Counted from the first letter of the stretch, positions 1-13,712 are shown. The stretch: DNA of 64,000 nucleotides from Piromyces finnis finn (GCA_002104945.1 MCFH01000013.1:496001-560000); one strand, 5' to 3'. Made by a program: numbers and translations. The notes: generated by a model from the sequence alone, not told the origin.

Positions 1-99
1 ATCAGTTGAATATTTTTATGTTAAAAACTTCTTTTTGTACAATAGTTTAATAATTAAAACTGAAATTAATAATAATAAATAATAAAAAATAATTAATAC

Positions 100-478
100 C
101 TTTTACATCTAAATTAATATGTTCTTGCTGGCAAAAGTATTCTATTAGTTTGTAATTTTCTCTTGATATACTTAACATTAAACAAGTTCTTCCCCCACAT
201 AATGAATGTTCTGTTTCATTTAATAATCCATATTTTTCTACATAATATTGTACTTTATCAAAATGACTATTGATAGTTGCATTTTGAAATTTCTTTAAAA
301 TACTTTTAAAACTTTTATTTCTTTTAACATAAGATAAAGAATATTTTCCTATCGATGAATAATAATTCTCATTACTATCTTTTTTATTTTCATAACCTTG
401 TTGCTCGAATGGAAACAGCGGTAATGATGATTGTTGTTGTTGAATTGGTCTATTATCATATTCATTTCGACTTAACAT
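100..478 (-). CDS. First exon of an ankyrin-repeat-like protein; the gene probably continues off the left edge
   Basis: ATG in aaaATG context at 478. The peptide ends ...GGRTCLMLSISRENYKLIEYFCQQEHINLDVKG, an ankyrin-like G-x-T-x-L helix-turn-helix pattern. A GT donor (G|gtatta) lies at 99-98. Confidence 0.55.
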
Positions 479-734
479 TTCTTTCTTTCTTTTTTGAATA
501 AATATATAAATGTAAAATGTAATATTATCACTTTATTAATTATACAATATTATATATTGATATTCTTTATTTCATTTGAAATGATATTTTAGAATTTAAC
601 TTAAAAAAAAAAACCTACTATATAAAATAATTAAACTATTACAGTATATATTTTAAAAGAAAATTTATTATTGTAACAAAAAACAGTTTAATATATAATA
701 ATATCCTTTACTACATTTAATGTTTTTATTATTG

Positions 735-774
<40 letters not shown>

Positions 775-2257
775 ATCCTATTTCCTATATTTAACACTGA
801 ATTAACAAAGTAAAAAAAAAAAAAAAGAATAAAAAGAAAGAATATTTCTAAAAATTTTTTTATATATAAATAAAGTTTTGGTAATTAATTTAATATAAAA
901 AAAATTAATTAAAATCTTTTTTATGTTATTAAAAAAATTTTAATTTTATAGATTTATTTTTTTTTTTTTTTTAATATAAAAACTTTATTAAATAATAAAA
1001 AAAAAAGTGTATTTTAATTAATTTCAATCATTTGAAAACTTGTCATTAGAAAAAAAAATGAAAAGAAATGAAATATATAAAATAAAATTAGAATAATTAT
1101 GTATAAAAAAAATAAAAATTGTTATTATATATATATATATTTTATATATATGTTATATAATATTATGTTAATAAAATATTTAAAAATTTATTTTTGATTT
1201 TAATATTATATATTTATTAAAAATAATTAAACTCTGCATATTAAACTAATTTTTTTCTTTATTTTATATTATTCATTTGTTGTACTGTTTTTTTCCATTT
1301 ATAAAATAATTATTATGTTTATTATTTCATTTTAAATGATTATATTGAAAGTTATTATAAAAAATATTTTTTATAACAATTATAGAGTCATTTCATTCAT
1401 CAAAATATAAAAAAAAATAAACTAAAAAAAAAAAGTGAAAAGTATTAATTAATTAGTATTATTATTATTATTTAATAATTAATATAAAATAAAAAAGATT
1501 ATTTTTCATTATTGAAATTAGTATTATTTATTGGCTTGTTAAACCTTAAATGAAAATTTATTTTAATCTTTTTTTTTTTTAATTTTGTTATTTTCCTATC
1601 TGATAAAAAGTATTTCACATAAAAAAATCTATATATATAATAAAATAGGTAAAAGAAAACTTTTCTTCTAGATAGTTAAATATATATATATATATTTCAA
1701 AAATGAATAGACCTTACTTTAATGATTCTTCATAGTATTTTCATACTAAATGTCACCAAAATACTAATGAAAGCATTTTTTTTTTTTTTCAAAGAAAAAA
1801 TAAATATAATTATTATTATATATAAAAAAAAATTGCTTTTATCATTATTCTTATTGTTGTTATTATTATTATTTTTATTATTTATTTATTTATTTATTTT
1901 GCTTTTTGTTTTTTATAATATTAAAAGAAATAATATCAATTATTATTAATTAATTAATTAATTATATAAATAATTTCTACTTTAAAAAAACATTCTTTTA
2001 AATTTAATTTTTAAAAGTAAAAAAAATACTTTTTATATTTTATTTTTATTTTTATTTTTTTTTCATTATTATTTTATTAATTTATTATTATTAGTTTCTT
2101 TTTTACTTTATAGTATTTAAATAAATAGTTATATTTTTGAGTGTTTTTTTTTTTTTTTTTTTTTTGTATGTGTGTGTTTTTTTTGTTCTTTATTTTGTGC
2201 TTTATTTTGCCTTGTTTTTAATTTAATTTTTATTTTTAGTTTATTTTATTTTTAATT

Positions 2258-2291
<34 letters not shown>

Positions 2292-2370
2292 AAAAAAAAA
2301 AAAGACAATTTAATTATTAATTGTAGATTTTGAAGAATTTATTTGTAAATAGAAAATAAAATGATTAAAT

Positions 2371-5300
2371 TTAATTATCCTTTAATTCTTTACGACGAAT
2401 TAATTCATTTTGTCTACGAACAAGATATACTAATTTATCCATAACTAATTCTAAAGCATCTTTACGTTTTTGTAATTCAATGTGACGACGAATAGTTGGA
2501 TTTTCACAAGCAAAGTTATTAACTTCTTCTCTACTCAAATCATAATATAATTTGTTATCAACTTCTCTTGGGAACTGGAACATGAATTCATTCAAAAGTT
2601 CAATTTGAATAAACATAACAGCAGAGTTTGCTAATTTTTGAGAAATAACATTTAAGAAAGCTTCTGGGCAACATGATTTTCCACTAGTGGAAGAACATTG
2701 ACGACTTCTAAGAGCAGCAGCTCTTCCCTTTAAAACTGCAATTTCTTTTCTTAATCCCATTGCTTCTTTAGCCTTTTCAATCAATATTGGATTGTATTGG
2801 CGTGGTTTGGATATTTCCTTTTTAAGAATTTGAGTTTCATCTTCTACTCCTTCAAGAGAGTCATCAAATTGGTCTGAAGCGAGAGATTCAGTAGTTTGCT
2901 TTGATTCTTCCTTTGATGGTGGTGGTGGTTGATCAATTGGTTCACGTAATTTTCTTTGATTTTGGTGACGAATATATTTAATAGCAGTACGAAGCTTACG
3001 TCTACCAACTTGAGATCTAATTTCTTGTAATTTCTTTTGAGATTCTTGAATGTGTCTATCAACTAGACTGATAGCTCTTTCTTTTCCACGTTCCCATTCA
3101 AGATCAGTACATTCAACTTCAAACTTTAATGGTTTAATGGTATTTTCAACTTGATCAACAGTAGTATGGAACTTCTTCTTTAAAAGTTTTGAACTGAAAT
3201 CAATGATCTTATTACAGGAACTTTCATGGTAAGTGAATGGTTCCTTGGAAGTAATTTCCCTAAGTTCATCTAAAACAATATCAACTACAAGTTGAGTAGT
3301 GGTTCTACCAATACCACTTTTAGTTAAAAGAGCAGAACTTTGATCAACCTTTGACTTCCAAATCAAATCCTTTAAGCATAGTGATGGAAAAGCAACAACC
3401 TTTGAATCATTATAATATAATTCTTTACAAATATCCATGATTTTTTCTTCAAGCATGTTTTGAATTTCTTCACGAACTTCAGCCTTACCAAAGCTATTTG
3501 AAAATTCTTTGAATTGATGCTTTAAAGTATCCATAATATCAGCAGTATATGATTCAGCAGTAATATGTCTATCATTGTATTGAACCTTATATTGGTATCT
3601 AACTTCTTCTAATTCAGTTTGAACTGCATCAACAATACCATATAAGTTTTGACCCATGTTTTCTTCCAAAATAGTAGTTAAACGTTTCTTTAATGAAGAT
3701 AAACCAACTTGAACATCTGGTTGATGGAAAATTGGATTTTTTCTAAAGTATTCATCAGATTTTTGAGTTAAAGATAATTGTCTAGAGAAACCGGATTTAC
3801 CTGGTGGCTTACAAACCATACCAACATAACCAAGTTCTAATGGATATTCATTATTAATTAAAAGATCAACACCCTTTTCTGGTTCTACAAGATCCATCTT
3901 TGTAATAACACCAATAGTACGTTGACCATATGGATCAACCTTACGACTGTGAGTTAAAGCTTCAGAATTGGCTAAATCAACATCAGCAGATGAAATAGCT
4001 CTACATTAGTTAAATAAAATTCACATAATTAAATTAATACCTTAATATTTAGGATTTCGATTCATAATTTTGCTTAAACGTATATGCAATATTAAACTTA
4101 CAAAATAATATTTGGTTCAACAATGTATTTATCACAAAGTTCAACAATTTTTCTTTTCAAAATTGGTGGTTGCTTACGATTAATAACTTGAATATAACCT
4201 GGTAAATCAATTAAGGTTAAATCTGGAACATTTGGTGAGAAAATTTTTAATTCAATAGGATCAGTAGAAATACATTCACTTTCAGATACAGACTAATATA
4301 ACAGAATTTTTGTTTGTTTCATTAAATATAATTAATAATTTAATTTTAATGTACAATTTATTTGGGAAAAAAATACTATAATATATTATATGTGACTTAA
4401 TAATATTATTTTTATTATACCATATTTAATTCAGAAAGAGTTTTTTGAATGTGATTAAAATCAGTAATGTTTTTCATTCCAATTTCTGGGAATTCACCAT
4501 ATTCTTCTTCAGCATTTGGAGTGTGAACTAAAGTTAATTCAATAGGTCTAAAATAATTTACATTGAAATATTATTAATAATTTAATATTTCTTAAAATCG
4601 TACTAAAATAATATTATATATAAGAAAGTTACCTTCTTGTAACCATGTTATTACCTCTATAAAAATCAATAATTTAAATTATTTTAAAAAATATATATTA
4701 TGTTATTGTTATTAATTATACTTTTTTTTTTCTGTTTTTAAAATATATTATATATATATATTTATTTAAGAATATAAATGAATAAATATTATTGATTATA
4801 AAAAAAATTTTTAATACTTTGGAAGAAATTCATGACCGACAATAGCTTCTAAAACTGAACTTTTACCAGAAGATTGAGAACCAATAACAACAATACTTGG
4901 TAATTGTAAAGCACTGCAATTTTGATTAACTGTCTTTAAAATATTTCTGACTTCAATTAATTGTTTTGTTAACATCATGAAATCATCTTGATTATTATTC
5001 ATTGGACCATTTTTACCATTTCCAAAACCACCTTTACCATATGAATATGAGCCAGAAGACATTTCACCGTTTTCTTCTAAACTCATTCCACTTTCTGACA
5101 TATCAAGAGAATTTTTATAATGGTATTGAAAAGAAATTACTGATTGTGATACAGTTGTTGAATGAATATAACCATTAAATCTCTTTTTAGTTTGAATCCA
5201 TCTTGATATAATAGCCCCTCTAAATATACCTTTTTTTCCAACATTTTGAGTTGGAACTGGAGTTGATGTTGCAACCCTTGCGGTATATGATTCAAAACTT

Positions 5301-5392
5301 TGGCTATAATCTTGATATTGGAATAAAGGTTGACTTTGGTATCTTTTTTTAGTAAATGGATTACAATATGCAGGAGCAAACATTGAATACAT
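2371..5392 (-). CDS. MGM1: Dynamin-related GTPase Mgm1/OPA1 (inner-membrane fusion), 5 exons
   Basis: Motifs [41 protein letters not shown]|GNNMVTRR|[40 protein letters not shown] and C-terminal [15 protein letters not shown] are all Mgm1-specific. Exons are approx. 5392-4817, 4656-4633, 4550-4421, 4293-4102 and 4000-2371, joined in frame by GT-AG introns. Confidence 0.95.
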
Positions 5393-6999
5393 TTTGTTAA
5401 ATTTATATATATCTATTTTTTATTTAATGTTTATATACAATTTGAGTTTGGTTGTTGTCAATGTTGTTTTGTTTTGTTTTGTTTTTTATCATCAATATAT
5501 TAGATATAAATAAACAATTATTATACATAATAATCAATAAGATAAATAAAATAAATATTTTATTGTAGTAAATTAATAAATATAATAAATATATAGGAAG
5601 TGATATTAAAAAATAATAAAGTATAAAATATAAATTGTAAAGATTATTTTAAAACCTTCTTTTCAATAATAATTTTAGATATTAATTTATATTTATACTT
5701 TGATAAATGATACATACCTTATTTCCCGAAAAAAGAATTAACCAAAATGTTTTATAGTCGTTTACTATTTATTATGTTACAATTGTTATTAAGTAATTAA
5801 ATTTATTACTGTTATTTCTTTATTTATTAAAAAAAGTTTTTTAATATTAATAAATAAAAATTATTTTATTTTTTAAAAATTTCTACAAAAATAAAAGAGA
5901 AATATAAAAAATGAATTCAATAAATGTTATTTTTTCCTCTTTTTATATCTTCTTACTTTTAATAACATTTATTTTGTTTTCTTTAATTCATTTATTTCTT
6001 TTTAATATTTGTTATATCTATACTATTATATTGATTAAGAATAAATTTATTTTATCTTAACTATCTCAATAATATATAATAACAAATAAATAAATAAAAA
6101 AAAAAAAAAGGAATTATAACAAAAATAAAATAGATATTAAAAGAATAGTAAATTAGTTAAAGAAAAAAAATAAATAAAAAAAAAAAAGGTAATTTTTTTA
6201 TTACTTTTTTTACTACGAAAAAAAAAAAAAAAAGGCTATCACAAATAATTTATGTATGATTAACATATATTATTATATATTTTAATATACTGAAATTAAA
6301 TTAATTTGTATTTATGCACTCTATTAAATTTAAAAAATTAATAGCTATTTACTTATATTTTTTTCCACAAATGTATAGAAAATCTTGTATGTAAAACCTA
6401 ACCTTTTATTGTTGACAGGATTAGATATAAATTTTAAAATTTAAAAAATTACTACAGATTTATTTTTATATTAATTATACATAAAATATATACTATATCA
6501 ATATATCTCTTATTACATGATCCAATTCTTTTTTTTTTTTTTTATAATGATTTAACATAAAATATATCTCTTTTATGTAACTTTGATATTCTTATATAAT
6601 TATTTATATTTTAAATAATATACTTTTTTATTAAATAATTCTTTAAATACTACAAAATTAACATTGATAAAAAATACAAAATACTTGAACAATTTTTAAC
6701 AACTAATTTTTACAAAGATTATAATTATTAAATATACTATATAGTGCCTTTGATTCATTAGCATTATTACTATTACTATTAAGTAGTAGTAATAGTAGCA
6801 ATTATAATACTTGTAGAAATTTTATTTTATCCTATTAAACATTTCTAATTTAAAATACATATATATACATAAATATACACACCACACATTTACAAAAAAA
6901 AAAAAAGAGAAATTTAATATCTAGTTTTATTTATTTATTTATTATTATATCTTTTTTTTTTTTTTTTTTTTTAATTTTTTTTTTATTCCATTTATTTAT

Positions 7000-9503
7000 T
7001 TATTTATTATTAGTTATAATATATTTAATAGCTGTATTATAATTTATATTTTCCAAGTTTATTAATTTAAATAATATCTCGTCTGGTTCAACTTCAATTT
7101 CTACAGTTGAAACCGTTGATGCACAATAGAATTGAACATTTATATTACCATAAGGACATTGCTCTCCGGTTTCGAATCTAGCCATAAGTTTACGGGTTCC
7201 AAGCATTTCCGGACCCTTTAAGAATGATTCATTACTATCGTTTAGTTCTTTTGTAGCTTCAAATTGAAGATTTTCATTTGAATTTCCTTTAACACTTGGA
7301 TTGGAAGAGTATCTTAATACATTGTCATCTTTCCATATAAGACGCTTTTTATCATTATTCCATAAACCATGTGGTTTTAATTGAACATTTCTAATATCCC
7401 CGTATAATGATATAAAGAATCTAAGTTCTGAAGCAGCAACTATCTTATTTTGTGATGTATTTAATTGATAAGCCAATAATAATGATAAACTAGTTGGTTC
7501 ACTTTTCCAAACTGGGTTAACATAAAGAGGTAAATATTTAGATTTTTGTTCGCTATTAATATTAATTTGATACTTTAGGATAGCAACTGATGAATTAGTA
7601 TTTTGTGATGCAAATGCAAGTAGGGCTGTTAAATTACAAGTATATTCATTTTCTTGATCAGTGTCTTGTTTTACTATGTAATTTGGATTTGGTACAGCTT
7701 GTTTAATTAATTCATGATTAGTAATTCTTAATTTGAAATAATATTGATTTTGTAAAAGTTCTTGTGGAATAGTTGAGAATGATACATATATATCACCAAA
7801 AATAGCTAATTTTGATATTATATCATTTTCAATTAATGTATTCATTTTTTCTTTAACAGATATTTTCATACCACTTTTCTTTGCTAATAATGAAGGATCA
7901 GATACTGGTTTAGAGAAACTTGATTTTCTCCAATCGAGGACAGGACTGTCAATATTACCACCAAAGTATGAAAATCTGAATTTATCTTCATCTGTTGAAG
8001 AAGTTGATGCAATTGTACGTCTTTATTAAAATATAATATTATATACATATACATATATATATAAATTTTAGAGTTACCATTTTTTATATTTTATACTTAC
8101 TATTCAATGTTCTACATCTATTAATAATATTATTTTATTTATTTAAATTCATATATATTATATAATAAAATTTACCTTCTTCTTGCTATAGTATTTCTAC
8201 CTAATGTATTAGTATTGTCTTGTAATAAAGATGGTACTCTTGTTGCGATTTTTGATAGAGCTTCCTGAGTATCATCATTTTCATCTTTAATAACTTCATT
8301 CTTAATTTCAATTTTTAATTTTCTATTACTAAAGTGTTATTATAAACAATAATATATTATATATATAAAGATAAAATCATATATATAAATATTTATACAT
8401 AAATATTTATTTAATAATAAATTAATTATTTTAAAATATATAGATTTACAGAGTTTCGCCTTCTAATTGTCCATATTCATCATTTTCATTTTCGTTATTA
8501 TCATCATCATCATCATCACCAATTTCTCCAGGTTCTTCACTGATAGCCCATGGTTGTGTAACGACTGGTGGGATTGAGTAACCTTCTTCGTCAACTTCTG
8601 GTGGTGGAGCTGTGGTTGTCTCAAAGGTTGATGAAAGAGGTGATGCCGGTTTATGGAATGAACTCGATCTTGATACAATACTTGTTGCAATACTTGCAGC
8701 TCTATTATGTTCTCTTTCTTTGAATTCAATATTAATTGAACTAATATATATACAATTTGTGTTAAGAATAAGTTCCAATTTCATATTTAAGTATCAATTT
8801 TTATTACCTATTATTAGTTTGGTAGCTGGCTGTATCCGATACAAAGTTCCCTTTTAAAAATAGATATTAAAAAATAAAAAAAAAAAATTATTATTTTTGA
8901 TATATTTATTTAATCTAATAATATACATATAATTTACTGTTTTGAGTAATTTGAACAAGCTCTGAACAATATTGGTCAATTTCAAGATCAATATCGAGGT
9001 CCTTAATTCTTTCTTCAAATGAATCGGTTATCTTTATAATAATTATTTTAAGTAATTAAAAAAAAAAAAAAAGATATAGAAAAATATTTTTTTATTTTAC
9101 TATTATCTATTGATATATAATATACATTCATTATAATATATTTATATTACATTTTGGTAAAGACTATATATATTTTTTTCTTTATTATTTAATAATTGAA
9201 ATGTATCTTTCATATTTGTAAAACGATATTCATCAGATTTTTCAATGTCCTATATTATAAATATTTTAATTTTAATAAATTATTGCATTTCTTTTTTTCT
9301 TTTATTACTTGAAAATCATATTAATTATTAATATTTACATCGATAAATGGATTGACATCTTGAAAGTACTGACTTTTCATTTGATCATACGATTGTACTG
9401 CTTCAGAATACTTCTTTTCTATTTTTTGTAAATTAAATTTTTTTATTAAATTAATAGCCTTTTTTTTAAATAAAAGTACAGTTTTTTGAAGCAGAATAGA
9501 TAA

Positions 9504-9575
<72 letters not shown>

Positions 9576-10421
9576 CAACAACAAAAAAAAACTTACCATA
9601 ATGTGAAGATCCTTTTTTTTTTAATTTGTCTCCATACTAATGTTATTTATTTATTTTAATACACATTTTGTTAGAATTAGTATTGATTAAATTGTTTATA
9701 TAATACTATTAACTATTTATAAATTAAATAATATATACTTTTTTAATTTTTAAATTTTTTTCATTTAATAATTTAAGTTGTTTTCTGAAGCTAATTTCAG
9801 CCTTTTTAATTAAAATATATATTCCAATAAGGTATTAACATTGAGTAAATTTGAATTTTTGTTTTTATATAATTGATTGACTTTTATTTATCAATAATTA
9901 CATTTTTTATTTTTGTCATATCTTGTGCTGTCAGTCTAGCTCTCATTTTTGTTTCAGCTTCCATTAAAACTTCAGTCACTCTTTTATGAATTTCAGCTAT
10001 TACTGTATTTAATTTTATATATTCTTTATAAACTCTTCCAAAACCACTTTAAAATTCCAAATAAAAGCCATATTAAAATCATGTTATTATATATTAAACA
10101 TATATATATTTACAAATAAAAAAAAAAAAAAAAAAAATTAATGATTTATGAAACAATAACAATGGTGGAAAATAATTATAACTGTTAGTAATATTTACCC
10201 CATAAATTCATCGTCTAAAGAAATTTGCTTTTTGGTTAATTTTTGTAGTTCTTTATAGTATTTATCTTCTATCATTATTCTTAGTATTATATATTTTATG
10301 AATATAATTTAATTTTAACATTAATATTTATATATAATATAAAATAAATTTAAAATTACCTGTCACTTATAAAGCCTGCAATTTCATCGTCAAAGGCTTT
10401 ACCTTTGTTAATTCTTTTCAT
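7000..10421 (-). CDS. SYP1: Muniscin (Syp1/FCHO-like): N-terminal F-BAR/FCH plus C-terminal mu-homology domain, multi-exon
   Basis: Spliced N-terminus MKRINKGKAFDDEIAGFISDR|IMIEDKYYKELQKLTKK is FCH-like. The linker carries VDEEGYSIPP, typical of FCHO/SGIP1/Syp1. The last exon (7000-8020) has a beta-rich muHD-like sequence. The start codon is uncertain. Confidence 0.8.
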
Positions 10422-10663
10422 TAACAAATTTAAAGAATTATTAGGATCATCATTCTTAATATTTGTTGTTTCATTGCATGTATATTTATTGGTTCAATAG
10501 CAATAAAAATAAACATAATTACGACAGTAATATAAAATAAATATTGTAATAATTATTAATACTTTATATACATGTATATATATATTATATATATATATAT
10601 TTTTTATTTTAAATTTCTATAAATGAGTCAGTACAATTCAAATTTCTTTTTATAAATATGTTG

Positions 10664-10699
<36 letters not shown>

Positions 10700-12547
10700 T
10701 TATAATTTCTTTAGAAATATATTATTAATAATTTTCTATCCATAATTTTAATTTTGTATTTTTGAATAATTATTTTTAATTATTTAATAGACATTCTTTA
10801 AAAATAATGTAGTATATTAAATAATATAAAATGTTGTCGTGGATATATATATATATATTTTCTTCATTCGTACTAACTTTCGATGTCGATATATTGATAT
10901 TATTTATATATCATATGAAATGTTTGACTAAATTTATGACTTACTTGCAATATATCTGAATATTTCATTGTTTATTTTTGTCAATATATCAAATGTGAGA
11001 TTCGTTATATTTATTAAACAATATATATAATAATAAAATCTAGGGATTTATGCTTCAATGAAAATGATGAATGAAGAAAAATTACTTATATGAAAACTCT
11101 TTTAATAATTTTAATTTTAATTTTTTTTTTAAAAAGAGAATTTTTATTAAATAAATTATAATATTTAAAATTATTTATTTTAATATAAATTAGCAATATT
11201 TGTTACATTTTAATTTATTATTTTATTGTGAATATTATATATATTATTTATTACATATATATTATATGAATAATAATTAAATCAATTTGAAATGTTTTTA
11301 TTCGAAATAAAATACTATCTAAATTATTAAATTATTGCTTTGTTAATAAAAGTTAAGAATTATATCAATATATATTAATGAAAAATACTTACATTAATTA
11401 GATGAGAAATAATTAATAATCATTTTATTTTTTTTTTGTAAAAGTTTTTTTTTTTTTTTTTTTTTTTTTTTACATTTATAAAGGTATATAAATCAAGGTA
11501 AAAAGAGTGGTATCATTAAAATTATATAAATTTCATAATACCTATAGACTTTAAATTATTAATCAATATTAAAATATCAAAAACAAGAAATTGTCTATAA
11601 TAAAAAATTTCAAAATTATATTAATTTAAATTTTTCACTCAATAAAAGTATAATCCTGTTTTTTTTCTTTTTTTTAATTTATCCCAAAGTATATTTTATT
11701 CTAATATTGAAATTATAATAATATTTTTGGTAATATTAAATCTTATTTTATTGTTTTTAAGTTTTTTTTGATAAACTTTATAATTATTATTTTGTATTGT
11801 TGTAAATTAGTAATATGATTATTAACCTAGTACAAAAATTTAAAGAATAAGACTAAAAAAAATAAGAAAAAAGATTTCATTATACAATTCTATTATTAAT
11901 AATATCCTAATTATTATTAAGATTTTACAAAAAATGTGCAATAACAAAATAAGCAAAATAATAATAATAAATTAACGAATTTGGTGATTTAATTTTTTCT
12001 CAATAAATTAAAATATTACATATTTTTATTTCGATTCACTACTACTACAAAACTTTAAAAAGCCAAATAATAAAATATATAAAAATTTACTGAAATATTA
12101 ATAAAAATAACATTTTTATAATTCAGTTTATTATTTGAAATTATTCTCTCTAAAAAAATTATCCAAATATCAACCTTTCACTTATATATTTCAAAACCAT
12201 TATTTTTCCAATATTTTCCCAAATCTAATTATGCTTTTATTATTTATTCCATAATTAACAATTTTTATAATTATTTATTTTTATGTTAATCCTTTTGCTG
12301 TTATACTGAAAACTTTAATAATTGTATCCGTTTAACATTTATTAGAATAAAAAACTCTGAAATTTTTAAAATTGATTTAAAAAATTCATGTCCTCAAATT
12401 CTCCTTATTAAATATAAAATAATATATTAATTATTTGAATTAATTTGACACTTCAACAATTCACAAAATTGAAATTTGATTTATATTTTTATCGTTTATT
12501 CTTGTTTTCAAGATAAAACAATTTTTCTAATTGTTGTTCCCAATTAC

Positions 12548-13305
12548 TTAAGCTCTGACCTTACGGGCACCCTTTTGTTCTCTCTTCTTGATGGCCTTAA
12601 CTGGCTTCTTGGACTTAAGAATAGCAGAAACACGGGCAGCAGCATCCTAATAATATAATATAAAAATTTTACCATTTAGAATAATTCAAATATATATAAA
12701 TAAATATTTAAAAAAAAATTCTCATGGTATTTATTTAGCATCAAATATACGCCCAGTTCTCATGTTACGAATCCAAATGGGTTCTAGCATGATGCAATGA
12801 TTATAATATAAATAATAAAAATTCACAATATACATACCTTGGAAAGGTCTGGACGGTAAGCCTTAAGGATGTTCTTTACAGCAACGGCAGAAGGACGAGC
12901 ACCTTTCTTAAGTTCGACAGTAGTGGCCTTAAGGTTCTTGTTGGCAGCCTTAGAGACGGAAACGGAAACACCCTTTTCAGTGGCACCAATGGTGATGGAC
13001 TATTATAATTATTAATATATTTATAATTAATATCCATATTTAAATAAATTTATTCTTACTATTTATATACCTTGTTGTTGGCAATACCGGAGTCTATTAT
13101 TACATTAGAAAATTATTTCAACATAAAAAATATATATTGTCAATATACAATGTCAATATTTACATTATATTCATATTATTTTATTACATTTGAAAGAGTT
13201 AAGGTTCTTAAGGTTTCCTGGTTCAGAGGAGAATTGGACACCGTTCTTCTTAACGAGGAAAGCGTTGTTGTTCTTAACAATTTGCCAGACAAGATCAGCA
13301 GACAT
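12548..13305 (-). CDS. RPL28: 60S ribosomal protein eL28, 4 coding exons
   Basis: [39 protein letters not shown]|YSGIANNK|SITIG...AYRPDLSK|[17 protein letters not shown]...KVRA*. Codon usage (AAG, GCC, AAC) fits a highly expressed gene. Confidence 0.95.
12668..12795 (-). ncRNA. Candidate box H/ACA snoRNA in the last intron of RPL28
   Basis: Minus strand reads GCATCA-TGCTAGAA-CCCA-(loop)-TGGG-CGTATATT-TGATGC, a hairpin with an internal pocket. It is followed by ANANNA (AAATAA) 16 nt below the upper stem, then a weaker ACCAT...ATGGT hairpin ending in AAA. It is a GC-richer island in an otherwise AT-only intron. Confidence 0.5.
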
Positions 13306-13315
13306 GTTGATTATC

Positions 13316-13605
13316 CTATAATTATATATTTCATATTGATAATCAATTAGTTTCATTCATTTAAAAATATGCAACTTTTTCACACAATTTGATGGATTAA
13401 TAATTATATGCTAAACCTTTATTCTACTTTTATATATTTATAATCACATTTTTTTAAACCATTTTATCATTATTTAAATTCATTTACATATATTAATATC
13501 AATCCATTAAGTAATTAAACATAATTAACCATCAACATTAATGCCTATATTCACCCATTTTAATAAAATATCATATAAATAATAAAATAAAAACATAATA
13601 TTAAC
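13316..13605 (-). other. Probable 5'UTR intron of RPL28 (290 bp)
   Basis: AAG|gttaat donor at 13605 and tatag| acceptor at 13316, 10 nt upstream of the ATG. A pyrimidine-rich leader (CACTCTTTTTTTTC) lies upstream of the donor. Confidence 0.55.
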
Positions 13606-13703
13606 CTTCTATTACACTGTAACAATGAAAAAAAAAGAGTGATTAATACTGTTCTAGAAACAATTTTGATTTTGACTATTGAAAGTGAAAAATTAATAAG
13701 CTA

Positions 13704-13712
13704 ACCAATCAT
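13704..13712. promoter_or_regulatory. CCAAT-box-like ACCAATCAT upstream of RPL28
   Basis: The same 9-mer occurs in the same orientation at a similar distance upstream of RPL17 (58026-58034). It matches the NF-Y/HAP consensus. Confidence 0.35.
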
